Positions 1 through 17,600 of a stretch of DNA of 64,000 bases are shown here, in pieces; within the stretch, counting starts at the first letter, position 1; each line of letters begins with the position of its first letter. A model generated the notes under the pieces. The model made no database searches, had not been told where the DNA came from, and saw only the letters and a program-made list of their open reading frames with translations. The stretch is from assembly GCF_009914755.1 (NCBI RefSeq), contig NC_060928.1; one strand, given 5' to 3'. This DNA comes from the human T2T-CHM13v2.0 reference genome, Homo sapiens. Made by a program: the position numbers and the translations under genes.

Positions 1-941
1 GGGGGTCTAATTTAGAGTCTAAGAATTCATTATATTGAATAGGTTGGTGGGTGTATTTGCACACTATATGGTCCCCACGTATAGTATATTTATCTCTAAA
101 AACAATAAAAGACAACTTTATTACACATATCTGTTAACATGAAAAGGTAGGAGAAGTACTGGCCCTCAAGTGTACAGGCATCCTCTGACTTGACATTTGC
201 ACCTGAGTTAAAGGTACAACATAGAAGTGTGGTCTGAGACATAATCATTCATCAGTCCTTTTTCAATAAGTATTTACTGAGATCCATTAACCCTCTTGAG
301 CTTTTCTATTAAAAGTTTCTCTTTTACATAATGCCCTGAAATGCATCAGCAAATTGACATAGATTACATAAATATAGATTGCTAGGACAACTATGGTATT
401 TAGGTAAAGGGAAAATATATGTTAAAGATCATTTTTCCTCTGGAAAAAAGTCTTTTCTGCAGAATTACCAAACTACCATTCAAAATAATTATTTTCTAAA
501 ACAATCTTTCTTTGGTATGCTTTGATTATAACTGCAAATGTAACCATTGAATTAAAATGATTTAAATAAGAGACACGTGCTGATATACCTGGAAATTAAA
601 AAGGTCAGCTCTTCTTCCTGGGATTAACATTGACATTCAATTAGAAGATGAACAGATGTTCCATAGATATTTCATAGATATTCTTCCAAAAAGATATATT
701 ATGTGTCATTCAGCCTTATCAAAATGTTATTTCAAATGTTTGAAAATAGTTTACTGATTCAATTTTCTTCCCAAACAGATCCATTTTTAATATATTTCAG
801 TTTATGTCAACTTTGCTTTCAATTCTATACTTAAACATAATTGATCTTTCAAAAATAAAGAGGTAATTAGAACAAATATCAGGATAATTTTTAATAGTGG
901 TTTTTTTTGTATGTTAGTGTATAATACTATAGAATGCATTC

Positions 942-1745
942 TTTTTTTTTATTATTATACTTTAAGTTTTAGGGTACATGTGCACAATGTGCAGGTTAGT
1001 TACATATGTATACATGTGACATACTGGTGTGCTGCGCCCACTAACTTGTCATCTAGCATTAGGTATATATCCCAATGCTATCCCTCCCCCCTCCCCCCAC
1101 CCCACAACAGTCCCCAGAGTGTGATGTTCCCCCTCCTGTGTCCATGTGTTCCCATTGTTCAATTCCCACCTATGAGTGAGAATATGCGGTGTTTGGTTTT
1201 TTGTTCTTGCGATGGTTTACTGAGAATGATGATTTCCAATTTCATCCATGTCCCTACAAAGGACATGAACTCATCATTTTTTATGGCTGCATAGTATTCC
1301 ATGGTGTATATGTGCCACATTTTCTTAATCCAGTCTATCATTGTTGGACATTTGGCTTGGTTCCAAGTCTTTGCTATTGTGAATAGTGCCGCAATAAACA
1401 TACGTGTGCATGTGTCTTTATAGCAGCATGATTTATAGTCCTTTGGGTATATACCCAGTAATGGGATGGCTGGGTTCTAGATCCCTGAGGAATCGCCACA
1501 TTGACTTGCACAATGGTTGAACTAGTTTACAGTCCCACCAACAGTGTAAAAGTGTTCCTATTTCTCCACATCCTCTCCGGCACCTGTTGTTTCCTGACTT
1601 TTTAATGATTGCCATTCTAACTGGTGTGAGATGATATCTCATTGTGGTTTTGATTTGCATTTCTCTGATGGCCAGTGATGGTGAGCATTTTTTCATGTGT
1701 TTTTTGGCTGCATAAATGTCTTCTTTTGAGAAGTGTCTGTTCATG
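942..1745 (-). mobile_element. 5'-truncated young primate LINE-1 3' end (L1PA2/L1PA3-like)
   Basis: Minus strand ends ...cacatgtaccctaaaacttaaagtataataataaaa. ORF2 C-terminal peptides [21 protein letters not shown] and MFIAALFTIAKTWNQ. ~17-bp internal deletion at 1474/1475. Confidence 0.93.
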
Positions 1746-1868
1746 ATTTTTTTTTTTAGACAAAGTATTAGATCAGATATTTTTGGGGAAAAATGCTTTG
1801 TGATTGCTTGTTTTGAATGGTGAGCATTGTATTTTGTTTTAAGTTGTTTTCTGGTTGTTATTACAGCT

Positions 1869-2690
1869 ATGAAGTCTTACACTCCATATTTCATTCTCCT
1901 GTGGAGTGCTGTTGGGATAGCGAAGGCTGCCAAAATCATCATCGTGCCGCCAATTATGTTTGAAAGCCATATGTACATTTTCAAGACGCTAGCCTCAGCC
2001 TTGCACGAGAGAGGCCACCATACAGTGTTCCTCCTCTCTGAAGGCAGAGACATCGCCCCATCTAATCATTACAGCCTCCAGCGCTACCCAGGGATCTTTA
2101 ACAGTACCACCTCAGATGCTTTCCTACAGTCCAAGATGCGGAATATTTTCTCTGGGAGATTGACAGCAATCGAACTGTTTGACATACTGGATCACTATAC
2201 TAAGAACTGTGACCTGATGGTTGGCAACCATGCCCTGATCCAGGGTCTGAAGAAAGAAAAATTTGACCTGCTGCTGGTGGACCCTAATGATATGTGTGGA
2301 TTTGTGATAGCTCATCTTTTAGGGGTTAAATATGCTGTATTTTCAACTGGCCTTTGGTATCCTGCTGAAGTGGGTGCTCCTGCTCCATTAGCATACGTCC
2401 CAGAGTTTAACTCACTCCTCACAGACCGCATGAACTTGCTGCAAAGGATGAAAAATACCGGTGTTTACCTCATTTCCAGATTAGGGGTCAGCTTTCTGGT
2501 TCTTCCCAAATATGAAAGGATAATGCAGAAGTACAACCTGCTGCCGGAGAAGTCCATGTATGATTTGGTTCATGGGTCCAGCCTGTGGATGCTGTGTACT
2601 GACGTAGCACTGGAATTCCCAAGACCCACTCTGCCTAATGTTGTTTATGTAGGAGGAATCCTAACCAAACCAGCCAGCCCACTACCAGAA
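1869..2690 (+). CDS. UGT8: UGT8 first coding exon (codons 1-274): signal peptide [20 protein letters not shown] plus N-terminal acceptor-binding domain
   Basis: Acceptor ttgttattacag|CT ATG (exon starts 1867, ATG 1869). Donor GAA|gtaagg at 2690/2691. 822 coding nt, phase 0. Translation matches human ceramide galactosyltransferase. Confidence 0.98.
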
Positions 2691-4100
2691 GTAAGGTTTG
2701 CCGAATTCCTTGGTAATTCTTTTTTAATGTAAAAGTCAATTTTGATTTTTGGAAGAGATATGATTTGTTATTTATATATATTGTATATATACAGTACACT
2801 AAAAGGTGATTAGGACATGGGGCCTCCAAAGTCCCTTTATGTGGGTCCACCACTTCCCTGGGAAACATTCCTGCTTTGAATGAGCATTTCTGTAATACTG
2901 AAAAGACCACTATGCCATATGGTCAATAGACTGCCTGGGAAGTAGTTTTCTGATTAAGTAATAGTTATAGTATGTGAGGAGAATATAGTTAAATGGTTAA
3001 TTTTAATGAGTATAAGTGATTTTATCTTTAATTACACACAGAATCCCCTCTGTTCTGCCCCAAATAGCACAATTAACAGGTATATATGTTTAGCTTCAGG
3101 TCAGTGAACAGAGGTTCTTCTCTGGGAGGTTATTACCACTAGTTTATGTCCAATAATGAAAGTGAGGTGGTAACTTCCATCAAAGTAGGGAGTTGGTTAA
3201 TTTAAGCTAGTAAGTAAATGTAATGGTTTTAAGGAAAGCATGCTCTATTGCAATTTCATTTCAATGATGGAATCAATGGCACTTTAAGAAACTCTGTTCT
3301 CTATGTGAAACTTAAATTCTTTTTATTGATTGAGCCAACAGTAAATCCCTTGGTATTCTGTTCACCATCCTTGTTTTTTATTAGGTATCCCACATTAGCA
3401 GAAGCCATACACATACCTATTGTTGTAGTGAGTTTTCTAACCTCAGATTGAATCTCTCAATTTAACCTCAACATCAGATCCCATTTACTAGGAAGTGTAG
3501 GGCTTGTTGCAGGACTTTATTCAAGTTACTTTTAATCCTACCTCTGGAAATAGCCACTCAAAACAATTTTGCTAAATTGTTGATTTCTAGTTCTGGTACT
3601 ACATATTAAAAATTCTATCAGGGCCTTGATGAAGAGTAAATCCAGATTTTCTCGTATAGATGAGGACAATCACATGGCTGAATTTTGTCGTGAGGCAATA
3701 AGGTGATTAGAAATATACGACCTGTAGGCTTTTCTAATATGGCCATTAGAGTTATAATTAATAAATAATATATCGATATATTTCATATAACATGGAAACA
3801 GAAATGGCCTGTACACCCACAGCATTTCAAATATATACAGCCACTGGAGGCCATGAGGGCACACTTGTTCTCTCTGACGTCAACTGTAAAGGATAGGGAT
3901 TAATCTCAGCTTATCTTAGCCATTCTTGAATTTATCCAAGCTCATTTTGAATCCTCAGATCTTCTCTGGCAGAGTCACCTTCCTAAAGGTAGCTAAAATC
4001 AGATTTTAGAAGTAGCTTCTAAAAGATTTGGTAATCAAGGTGTGTCTTTACCTTAACTGAGTCATTTAAAATGTTACACAAATCATCCTTGTTCTCTCTA

Positions 4101-4527
<427 letters not shown>

Positions 4528-6221
4528 ATGTCCTGTCCTGATTGCCTTTTCTTTCCTTCCAGTTCCTGCTGTATATTTGTCTTGAGTTGCAGCAACTTGA
4601 ATGACACAGTATAAGTGTAGGAAAATATTTTATGTTTTATTTTCAATACTCTACCTTTCAAAAAGATGCATAGCATGTGATAATTTTTTTTCTACCATCC
4701 AAGCATTTTTTTCTGTCATGGATTCCTCTGCACACAGATGTCCTTACTAGTGTCACTATTTTGTTTTACATGAAAAACATCTTTTTAGTGGTTTTTGGTG
4801 CTCGACATAAGGTATTACTCAAAATATCCTTTAATTTGCCATAATTTCTCATTTGACACTGGCTTGACTTTCTTTGTGGAGTTCTTTTTCCTCTGGGCTA
4901 TTTGTAGTGGTTCTTTTGAAATGCGTTTTTTGTTTACAAAGTTTGCTTTGTGCCAGTTAGTTTGGTTGCATGCACAGACATGGCATGTGTGCATGTGTTA
5001 TATATAGTATGTGGACATAGATAAGTATATTATTATTATTGGAAGTCTATTAGATTATCATTGTGAAGGGCTGTTTTCATTTCAGAATGTTATTTATAGT
5101 TTTTGAGCAGGGAGTATTTTGAAGAATGATGTGCAGTACTCTTTCAGGTATTCCTTATTCTGGTGTGGTTTTATATGCTTATGAACACATGTTCCCACTG
5201 AGATTTTTCTAGTAGATTTATTTGAGATAATAAACTGTACCTTTTCATTCTAAAAGTTAATGAGTTTCTCAAATGCCTGTATTATTTACAGGGCATTGTT
5301 GTGACAGTAACACAGGAAGGCCCAGAAAGTAGCTGCGTAGAACACATGATTCACATATAGCAGCTTAATTGTTAATTGCCCTGGTATCTTACACTGGGCA
5401 TAGATTAGGTTTTCCAGATGTCTGTAAATGATTTTACAGTGGGACTGAATTTCACAACCTGGGATGAAAGGGCAGAGAAAATTTATAAAGGACATTTTAA
5501 ATAAGCTTTCACAATGTTTGATCCTAAAGAAATCCTGTAGAGAGCATATAGTTCGGCTCCATTCCTTTTATTTATTCTTTCCTTTAAAGTAGGTAGAATA
5601 GAGATAGGGAATAGTCCATCCATTTCTCACATAGTAGATACAAAGACTTCATCAAAAGCCACACAGATAGTCTGTGGCAAAGTCAGGTGTAATGTGGATT
5701 GTTTTGCTATTTATTAGGTGTTTTTTCAAGGTGATTGCATCTCTTGTCACTAATTTTAGTCATTTACTTACTTACAATTGTGTATAAAACCATGCAGAGA
5801 CAGCAGTTTTTTGAATCTTATTTATTTTATGTCTCTCAAAGATTGTCAGGGCTTAATACTCAAGTCAAATGAAACCATATGGACTCTTATTTATGCTTTA
5901 GAGATTTGATAAACTAAATCAGCCTAAGTTCAAATGCTTTTGATTACAAAATGTTGTGTCAGTGTAGAGTGAAGAAATTGTGTGCCTTGATAGTAGAAAT
6001 CATTTTAAAATCCATGTTAGAAATGTGCCTGGAAAGACAACTTATCATCTACTACCTGGCTGCCTCTAATAGGAGTCTTTAAACAATGTGGACTAAGGGG
6101 AAGAATTCTGAGTTGGATCACATTCATATAGTGGTTTACCTACTCTATCATTGCAGGCCAGTAGAGAACATGGATAAAGATTAAAAAATAAAAATGCTTT
6201 GATCAAGAAGGAGGTCTGTAG

Positions 6222-6546
<325 letters not shown>

Positions 6547-7122
6547 AAATAGATCCTTTAAATATTAAATGTGAATGAAATAATGACATCTAATTGGAAA
6601 GTGATTTTAATTTTTATTAATTTTATTAGCAGATAATCCACCAAAGAATAGTACATGTTTACTTAGGGAATCTAATAGTTATTAAAAATAAATGTTTCAA
6701 GTGATACTTTTTAGATGATTTCCCATTGGCTGAAATGGCCTACGCTGCCAGGCAGTTGCTCTCTGCCACTTTTCAACTTCTACAGCCTTGAACTCTTATA
6801 GCACCTAATAGCACTTTAACTACTGTTTGCTGTTGTTGTACTGTTTTTGTTGTTGTTTGTTTGTTTTACATGGCTCTCTTAACTAGAATGTGAGTACCTC
6901 AAAAGGTTGATACTCTATAACCTGAGTGCCTGAAAAATGGTTGGTACTCAATAAAACTTTAATATTTAATGAACTGTATCAAATAGAAATAGTTGCCAAA
7001 AATAGGTGATTCAGTTAGTGCAACAATGTTAATATTATAACTATCATCTGTTTGTTCTAAATTTGTGTCTGTATACTGTCCTAGCCATTAAGCAACCCAA
7101 AAATCCATGCTAAGTTGTTGAG

Positions 7123-7427
7123 TTTTTTTTTTAATTTTTATTTTTTGAGATGGAGTCTCACTCTGTCACCCAGGCTGAAGTGCAGTGGCATGATCTTGGC
7201 TCACTGTAGCCTCTGCCTCTTGGGTTCAAGCAATTCTCCTGCCTCACCCTCCCAAGTAGCTGGGATTAGAGGTGTATGTCACCACGCCTAGTTAATTTTT
7301 ATATTTTCAGTAGAGACAGGGTTTCGATATGTTGGCCAGGATGGTCTCAAACTCCTGACCTCAAGTGATTCGGCCACCTTGGCTTCTCAAAGTGCTGGGA
7401 TTACAGGCATGAGCCACTGCCCCAGCT
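7123..7427 (-). mobile_element. AluS (Sx/Sz-like)
   Basis: Antisense full-length Alu with T-rich tail at 7123-7146. Confidence 0.9.
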
Positions 7428-7764
7428 GGTACTAAGTTATTTTAATGAATTAGAATAACTATTCTAATGTTACTGATAGTGAGGAAAGAAGATAACCATA
7501 CCATTACCCAATTGTGAACTAAAATAGTCTTTTCTCTCTTCCAAATATGCATATAAACAGGGGCAGTGCTGAAAGTCAGGCCAGCTATTGCTGTCTTGAA
7601 AGATGATTTGAGGCAGCATGGCACTCATTTGGTGCTCTTCAGAGATACTGTATTTCCACATTAGGAGTATTTATGGCATCTTAAGTTCACCAGTTGTGGA
7701 GACATTTTTATTTAAGGAAGCATAGTCTTGGGGAGAGATAAGAGATAAACAGAGATAAGAAAGT

Positions 7765-8079
<315 letters not shown>

Positions 8080-10457
8080 GAAAGCACATGGGACCAGGGA
8101 CTAGACCAGGAGATATTCACTGTTTGTCATTTTGTTATTTGCTGGAACTCCCTCAGAGAATGATCTTGGGGACAATGAGAGATTGAGCAACAGAGTTATT
8201 AGATTAGCCACTTGTGAGCAGGTAAGTTTATGAGAAGAAAAATGAAATGAAGAAACAAAATAGTGGCTTTCCATACTTGGTATTCCTGATTAACATAGAA
8301 GCCATTACTTCCTATTACATATGGTGATTGAAAGCTGGTTTCACCATTAATGAATGAAGTCTCTAGGCTTGGATATGAGACCAGGGTCCTTGGGGGTAAA
8401 AGACTTGATCCAGGGTTGCAGCAGATGTGGAAAATTAAGGCCATTTTTATTAATAATTACATATGCAATTTGTTATCTTATGAAATTTAAAGCTGGAGAT
8501 GTAAAGCTTCATCTATATAGTAGTACTATGCTATGTTGTTAGCTATGTGGGGGTCAGAAAATTGAGGATGACAATGTTTAGAAGAGACTAATAATTTCAT
8601 TCCAGTTACTAATTCTGAGTTCAGAAATGTTAGTACTTTAACTACTGTTTGTTTGTTTGTTGGATGGCTCTCTTAACTAGAATGTGAGTACCTCAAAAGG
8701 TTGGTACTCTATACCCTGAATGCCTGAAAAGTGGTTGGCACTCAATAAAAGTTTAATATTTAATGAACTGTTAAATGATAGTTTGGCAGAAAAAATAAAT
8801 TCTCTAAGGGAACTCATTAATGTAAAATGTTTTTGCAGATGCTTTATAGGTTAATCATGTATTTTCTTATTATTTTGTAGTAAGAAACCAAATTTATAGT
8901 AAGTAACCAAATTTCTTGTTAAAGAAATCTATCCAGGAAGTAAGTAAATCAAGCACTGTTGAAACTATCAATGACTTAACTGTTCAGTTCACTGATAGAA
9001 AAATTTTCTAAGCAACATTGTAGTTTTTAATAGCTTGTCATCTGCTTCTGTAAGCATTATGGGCTTACAAGGATTTCCTGATATGATAGGAGATCCAATA
9101 TATGAACGGAATCAAACAAACTTGTTTTGAATTGATATTGCAAGATCTGACATGATTTTAACTCCAGCACACATTGTTAAGTTTTTAAGCTTTAATAAGC
9201 CCTAGAGAATTGTTCATTTAGGTATTAAGTCAAATACTGGCAATATTTTTAAGGGAAATATTTTTAACTGATAATTTTTAGAAATGACAAATTTCTCAAT
9301 TAAATTACTGTTGACACCAGTTTTGGGGGATGATATTCTTCACAAATACTCTTATTCTAAGCCAAACAGGTCTATTTATGAAATTTAAATTGCTACTGCC
9401 AAAGGGTTTGTCAGATCTATTTCTGAGCTCAGATTTTGTGGTGTAAGCATGAGCTGTGACAAATCAGTGGCACTGAAGACAAACTACCTATTTTCTGGCT
9501 TTGTATATGAAAAATTGTATTTCACCTTTCCAGGTATTGTTCCTTGTACAAAATACCAAAATGGAAAAACAGGGGCTTTTTTAGTCAAATGGCCCTGACT
9601 TTTAGTCTTATCTTCATACGACTCTTTTGGTTAAAGGAATCAGCCTAATTAAAATGAGGATAGCATGTTAGTACTTACTTCAGAGGACTTTTGGTATATG
9701 AGAGCCACGACAATACCTGGTGGTGGCAGTTATTACTCTATTACTCTTATTATTACTGTAATAACCCTTGTAACTTACAGTGAGCCAAGAGTATGGAATC
9801 ACTGATCATTTCTTATTTTCCACATGCTGAGGAGAAGAATGGTTCTCAGGAGAGTGGATAGAGATGTAGGAGGGATGTGGAGCATCTATGGTTTCACCTC
9901 TCTTCATTCGGGCTGTTGACACTGGTACTTCTGTTTCCATCTTGGGGATTTTTTTTTTTTCTTTCTTCCATTATTTTTCTTAGTGAAGTAGAAGGACGAT
10001 GACAATTGTGTGAGATACGTGGTTCTTAGATCACCTGGAGTTTCTTAAGAAATGAACAGAAATTGATAGATATATCTTCTCTAGGGTAGAAAGAAGAATT
10101 AAGGGAGTAGCTTCATCAGAATGCTGGCTTCTTTAACCTCTGGGACACTGATTTTTCAGGCCTTTCAGTGGAGGAACTGGGACTCCAGCCCCTCTTCTGC
10201 TGGCTCCACACCTATCCATTCTCCTGACTCTGTGATTCTCATTTTTGAGGGAGTTTAAGGGAGAACTCTAGGCAAATAAATGATTGCCTTCCTTCTAGCC
10301 CAGCATTGTACTGAATCTCCTCCACACTCAGACCCTGAAGAACTAGACTCAGTAACCTAGAAATGCCAAAAAAGCCTTAGTAGTTTCTTCTAAGATCTAA
10401 GGTTCAGACTCGGCAACCAACCCCAATATTTATACTGACTTCTTCCTATATTATTTA

Positions 10458-10503
10458 TTAGGTTGGTGCAAAAGTAATTGTGGTTTTTGTCATTAAAAGT
10501 AAT
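10458..10503. mobile_element. Half MADE1 (Hsmar1-derived MITE; miR-548 source family)
   Basis: ttaggttggtgcaaaagtaattgtggtttttgtcattaaaagtaat is one MADE1 TIR plus the centre. The second arm is absent. Confidence 0.8.
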
Positions 10504-10509
10504 ATCCCA

Positions 10510-10851
<342 letters not shown>

Positions 10852-10879
10852 TCAGTATTGTATTCTCTTTCAGTATTGC

Positions 10880-11030
10880 TTAGATCAGAATTCCATGAAA
10901 TTCCTGTCGGCACGTGATTGTAGGCCACTTAGTAGATCTGGGGTGGGTCTAATAATTTGTACCATGTTACCTGGTCATGCTGATACTGTTGGTCAGATGA
11001 CCAGCCACTATTTGAGAACCATTAATTTAA
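10880..11030. mobile_element. MER5A-like hAT DNA transposon fragment
   Basis: 'agtagatctggggtgggtc...tgctgatactgttggtc...tttgagaaccatt' resembles recalled MER5A consensus. Confidence 0.5.
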
Positions 11031-12449
11031 ACTCATACAATCCATGTGATCCATAAATTTTAATAGCATTGCGTAATGTATTTTGTATGAGAATCTTTTT
11101 TCTGGTAATTAAAGATTTTCTCTGTTTTAGAAAGTTATTTTCAGTGTAAATTGCACCCAAACAAATGGATATGTATCTAGATTTCAAGAACTAGAAAAGC
11201 CCTGGATTACACTGTAGATCTGAACAGCTCATTACCTTACAGTTCCACTTTGTGAAACTAAGATGATGCTGTTGAATGATCAGTTCTTGCTTTAAGATAT
11301 AGATCTAAATAGAGTGGCCATGTACAGCCATGTCAATAATAGGTAAGGGCCTCAGAACTAATAACTTTCAACTCTTCTCCCTGTTTTAATTCATCTTCAC
11401 CATTTGCTTTTGGCCTTCGAGTATATTTTGGTAAAGCAGCATTTATTGCTGTTTGTAGGAACCACTTCTAGGAGAAGATTCAAGAATTCTGATTAATATA
11501 AACATAGAGAGTTAATTAGCTGGTTAACAGAGCATCCATTCTAGAAAGAGCTGTGAGAGATGAAAATGCTATTAGATAGGAGAGAGAAAAAGAGACAGAC
11601 AAGCATGTCTTCCTTTGTCCTAAAACTTCAAAGAAGTTCCTATAAAAGTGGTCATTTACATATAGTATTTCATTTGGGTGGCTTTTGACAGGGTGGATTT
11701 TCAGAAAAATTATGGTGTTCAAATGCAGGAGGGGAAACTTAAGACCACGTGGTGGATACTAACTTCCCTTGATTTTCTTCTGCTTTTTTCCTTCCTTGAT
11801 ATGTGATAGAGTAAAAATAAACTTTACAAAGTAAGCTGACTTGGTTCTACTTCATTGAATATAGTAACTACTTAATGAATGTCTATTGAATCATTTTATA
11901 CTGAATTAGATTTAGAGAAAAGGTCTTCTGATAGCATTTAAAAAGATTTGATTTGCACAGATCTTTAAGAAAAACATTAGGTTCTAAGGAATTTTAAATA
12001 TTTCAGAAACAAATAATGGAGGAAGCAATACTGAGGGATCTCAGGTCAGTCAACTTTTATGTCCCACCCACTTTCATTCCTAGTACGACAGTACTTGCAC
12101 AGTATGGGCTTTAATACATATGTTTTGAATTAACGTAATCCAAAGTTGCAAAAGTCAATACAGTTGCCTAATTTATTTTGCAAAAATGGAATAAAACTTT
12201 TATTACACTATGCATTTCCAGACTTTTTATCAGTGAAAAGCAACTTAATTGACTTGATAAATATTGTTAAAACCTTGGGGCTAACTAAATTCCTTGACTA
12301 CCATTTTCAGGCCATGATGAGAAACAGATAAACCGACTTGACTTTTTTTTCACTACAAAGTCCTCTTAGAACTTTTTCACATGTATAACATTGAAAAGGT
12401 TTTACAAATCACAAAGAGATGGCCACACTTAAAAAGGATAGATGGCCAT

Positions 12450-13830
<1,381 letters not shown>

Positions 13831-14436
13831 AGGTCCATCCTTTATTGGTGTTGGTGAATTGGATGTTTCCATGAGTTAGTTGGGTATGTATACCTGTGGT
13901 CCTGAGTCACTGGACAATTTTAGTTGTTGCTAAGTAGATATATAGTAATAAATGACTAAACTTATACTCTCCTTTAACAATCTTCTTACATTTGTGGCAT
14001 CAGACCATTGGTAGAGGTGACAGAGTACTCACTGGGAACCAGGTGAATATCTAGTCCTTGACAAGATCACTTTACCTTTTTTTATCACTAAATTGTGAGT
14101 GGGTCAGTGATAGGGCTTGGACGGTCTTTAAAGTGGCTTCCACTTCAGTGATGGTGTGAAAGAGAAAATTTTGAGCCTTATACATACATTAAAATACAGA
14201 CTTCCATTCTTAAATCGTTCTTATTTCTAGTGCAGTTGGCAGATCTCTGATAATTCATAAAGCTGGAGTCTTGCAGAGGATGGACAAGTGAGAGGCATAG
14301 AAAAGGATCAGTTTTACAATTTGTGTACTAGTGAAGCTTTTTTTTTTTTTAGTAAACCATGAACAATAATTAGAAATAGACTTAAGACAAGTAATATTTG
14401 TTTTTTAAAAACCAATGATTAAAAATTCAGGCCACC

Positions 14437-14673
<237 letters not shown>

Positions 14674-17600
14674 TCAAGCCACCATATTATTTGATTTTGT
14701 ACAATACAGAAAGTACATATTTTTCCCCAGTGAATATAATTGAATTACCATTTTTATTGAAAGACTTTTTTTCTTCAACTATAATCTTAAAGAGAATTTT
14801 GAAATGCATCAAGCCATATACATAATTTTCTTACCTTTTAAGAATTATACCTTTCAGCTTTTTGTGATAGAGAATTTGTGGAAAAGATTTTGTAAAATAT
14901 TTATTTAGAAACATTTTAAGGAAAAAATTGAAATTATAGAAAAATGCTTCAAGCTTTTGCAAATTTATTTTGGTAAAGTTCAAATGCTTTCCCCCCTCAT
15001 AAAAAAGATCCATTTATTTCAGTTAAGATTTAAGTATATCGCTTTGTAAATAAAACTTCAAATGAGGCTTGTTTACCAGATCTTTACAAATTTAAAGAGC
15101 AGAAATGTATTCTGATGTGTAATTTGAATCAGTTTCCTGTTATGAAGACAGAAAAGTCTCCATTGTTTCCAATTTTTAGAAGCATTAGATGTTACAAGAA
15201 GAGATAATGTAAGAATGAAAAGAGAAATTATTTATGTACTAGATTATATACAACTTTTCATATGAATACAAAAAAGCTCATTTTTCAGAACATATGGGAT
15301 TCTGATAATGTTTTGATATGGATGGTATAGTTTATCCCTCTAGACTTGCTTAGTAATAACTTTAGTCTTTTAAAATTACGGTTTAATGGAAATCATGGTA
15401 ATATATATGTGATTTCAGCTGAATACATTATTTAAGCTAGGCTTATTTTCCATCTAGTCCACATAACTTTTTAACAGAAATGTCAAATAATACATAGATA
15501 CAAGCTTTATTCACATATTGTATACAATCAGTGCTTATGTTGATTACTTCTTTCAGCTGAATAGGGAATAAGGCCTCAAAAGGTTTATATCCAGTATTTG
15601 AGTACTTTTGTTATTCTCTTTAAAAAGTCAGTATTAGGCACTACTGGTTACTACCAGCTGAAGCCTTACACAGCTGTGTATTTAGCATTTAATCATGCTA
15701 AGAATTGCTAATTAGAAAATCAAACCGGACAAAGCATACCCAGTGGAGTTGATACAATACCATTTCTGTTTGAGAACCATAAATAAATAATCTTTACGCA
15801 TTAGTGTTTCATTATAAGCATTTGTGCTGAATGTGGCAATATTTAACAAAATGTTTTAACTCACTAGAAATAATTTCTTGATATTATCCTTTCACAGAAA
15901 TCCGTAATCTCTTTAAAATATAGCCAGCCTTATCAAAATTAAGTTTCTATTTAGCCTTTGATTTCTCTTTTTTTACTTTCTTCTATTCTGCTCCATTTCA
16001 GCATTCTGCTGCCCCCTCTCCCTTCCCCCAAACTTCCCGCTGCCTTCTCCACTCTGCTTTGTTTTACCCTACATTGGAACCCTGTGGCCACAAACCAACT
16101 GTAGCATCCTCAGTTAACCTTATTGTGGCTCAGGCTCCAAAATTCCCTATTCCCTTCTCTCTCTCTGTGTTTTTATTTTCTTAAATTTAAACCGCTTTGT
16201 TTCTAAACCTCAGATACACTTAGCTGCAGCAAAGAATGAGGGAAAAGACATTCATTCAACACTATGTGTTAATGGCTGATAGCAATTTAACATATTACCT
16301 TTCAAGCAGTAGTGAATATTTTATACTGAAATTGGAGGTCTAGTAACAGTGAGGCATTAGTCAAAAGAATCAATACCAGCAGCATAATCTGGTTAGTAAA
16401 AGTCAGAGAGGTAATGGTTCCAGAGGATTAGGAGGACACAATATGAATGCCCCTAATACCAGTTTTATGGTCCACTCCTACGGGCGATTATGGCTCAAAC
16501 TTTGAGGAAGGAGGTAAGGCAGCATTTTCATCTGCATCTCACATCTCACGGTCTTTGTGAGTTCTACAATGCTACAGTGCCTGGCATGGTGCTTAACATC
16601 CTCCTGTAGGTTTAATTATTTCTTTTCTGATTTGAGAATAAAATAGGCCGGACACATCCCATGTTGCTGTTTAGACTGTACATATTTTGTTGAGTATGTG
16701 TTCTTGTTTAGAAATATACATTTTAGGAAGTAATGAAGTTGCGATTTCCTGAAATTCAGTAAGTACACACTTAGTTTTAAATGAGCTGCATTTTTAAGAG
16801 AACATTTAATGGAAAACCAAAGATCTAGAGTTTTGGTGTCATTTCTTCTACTAACTCCAGTAATAAACAGACTTTTTCTGGAGGTCTCATTTACCTGAAC
16901 GACACCAAGAGCTAGAAAGAAAGTCACAAAGACATTTGAGAGGCCAAAATAAATGCCAAAATGTCCAGGAACTAACATTTATTTACTTGACTCACAGTAG
17001 CTGCCCTTAGGCCTTCATCACGCAGAGTTAATTTATTCCAATTATATACCTGCTAAACAGCTTGGTTATTTTATTTCCAAGCCTATGAAGGTTAAAAACA
17101 GCAAGTACATTTTTGAGGCAGGCATGCTGAAAGCAATGAATACTGACAATTTAATAACCTGACAGAACAGAGAGATCCAGAACTACTTCATCATGATAGG
17201 CCCACTTTATTCATTTGCAAAATAAAGAGTTTGGGCTAAACGAACCTTCAGAATTACAGGCTAAAATACGTAACCTCATACTTGTTTTCTACCAGATTAA
17301 TATATTTTAAACCTCTGGCAGATTTTTTTGAAATTAACTTTACCATAGAATACATATATGATATACATTTAGAATGACATGTGGTGCTTGTTTTATTTAC
17401 TTAAAACAGCAAAAAATACCCTTTTATCATTATGATCAGACCGGAAAATGACACTTAAAAATAGTAAATCATGTATTCATTTAAATCCAGTGACTGTGTT
17501 AGCTCCTGAGAAGACAAGATTTAGCAGAACACAGTTGATTTTTGCCCTCATTGAACTACGAATCCCATTATTCAACATTTAGAAGTGCTATGAAGGAAAG

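Noticed and set aside
1760-1819. Mini-exon between AG at 1759 and G|GTGAGC at 1820
   Set aside because: The following intron would be only 47 nt, too short for efficient splicing to the 1867 acceptor.
1827-2732. 301-aa ORF as a standalone protein
   Set aside because: It is the UGT8 first coding exon plus intronic extensions. The true ATG is 1869 and the donor is at 2690.
10458-10503. Possible miR-548-type hairpin
   Set aside because: Only one MADE1 arm is present, so no fold-back is possible.
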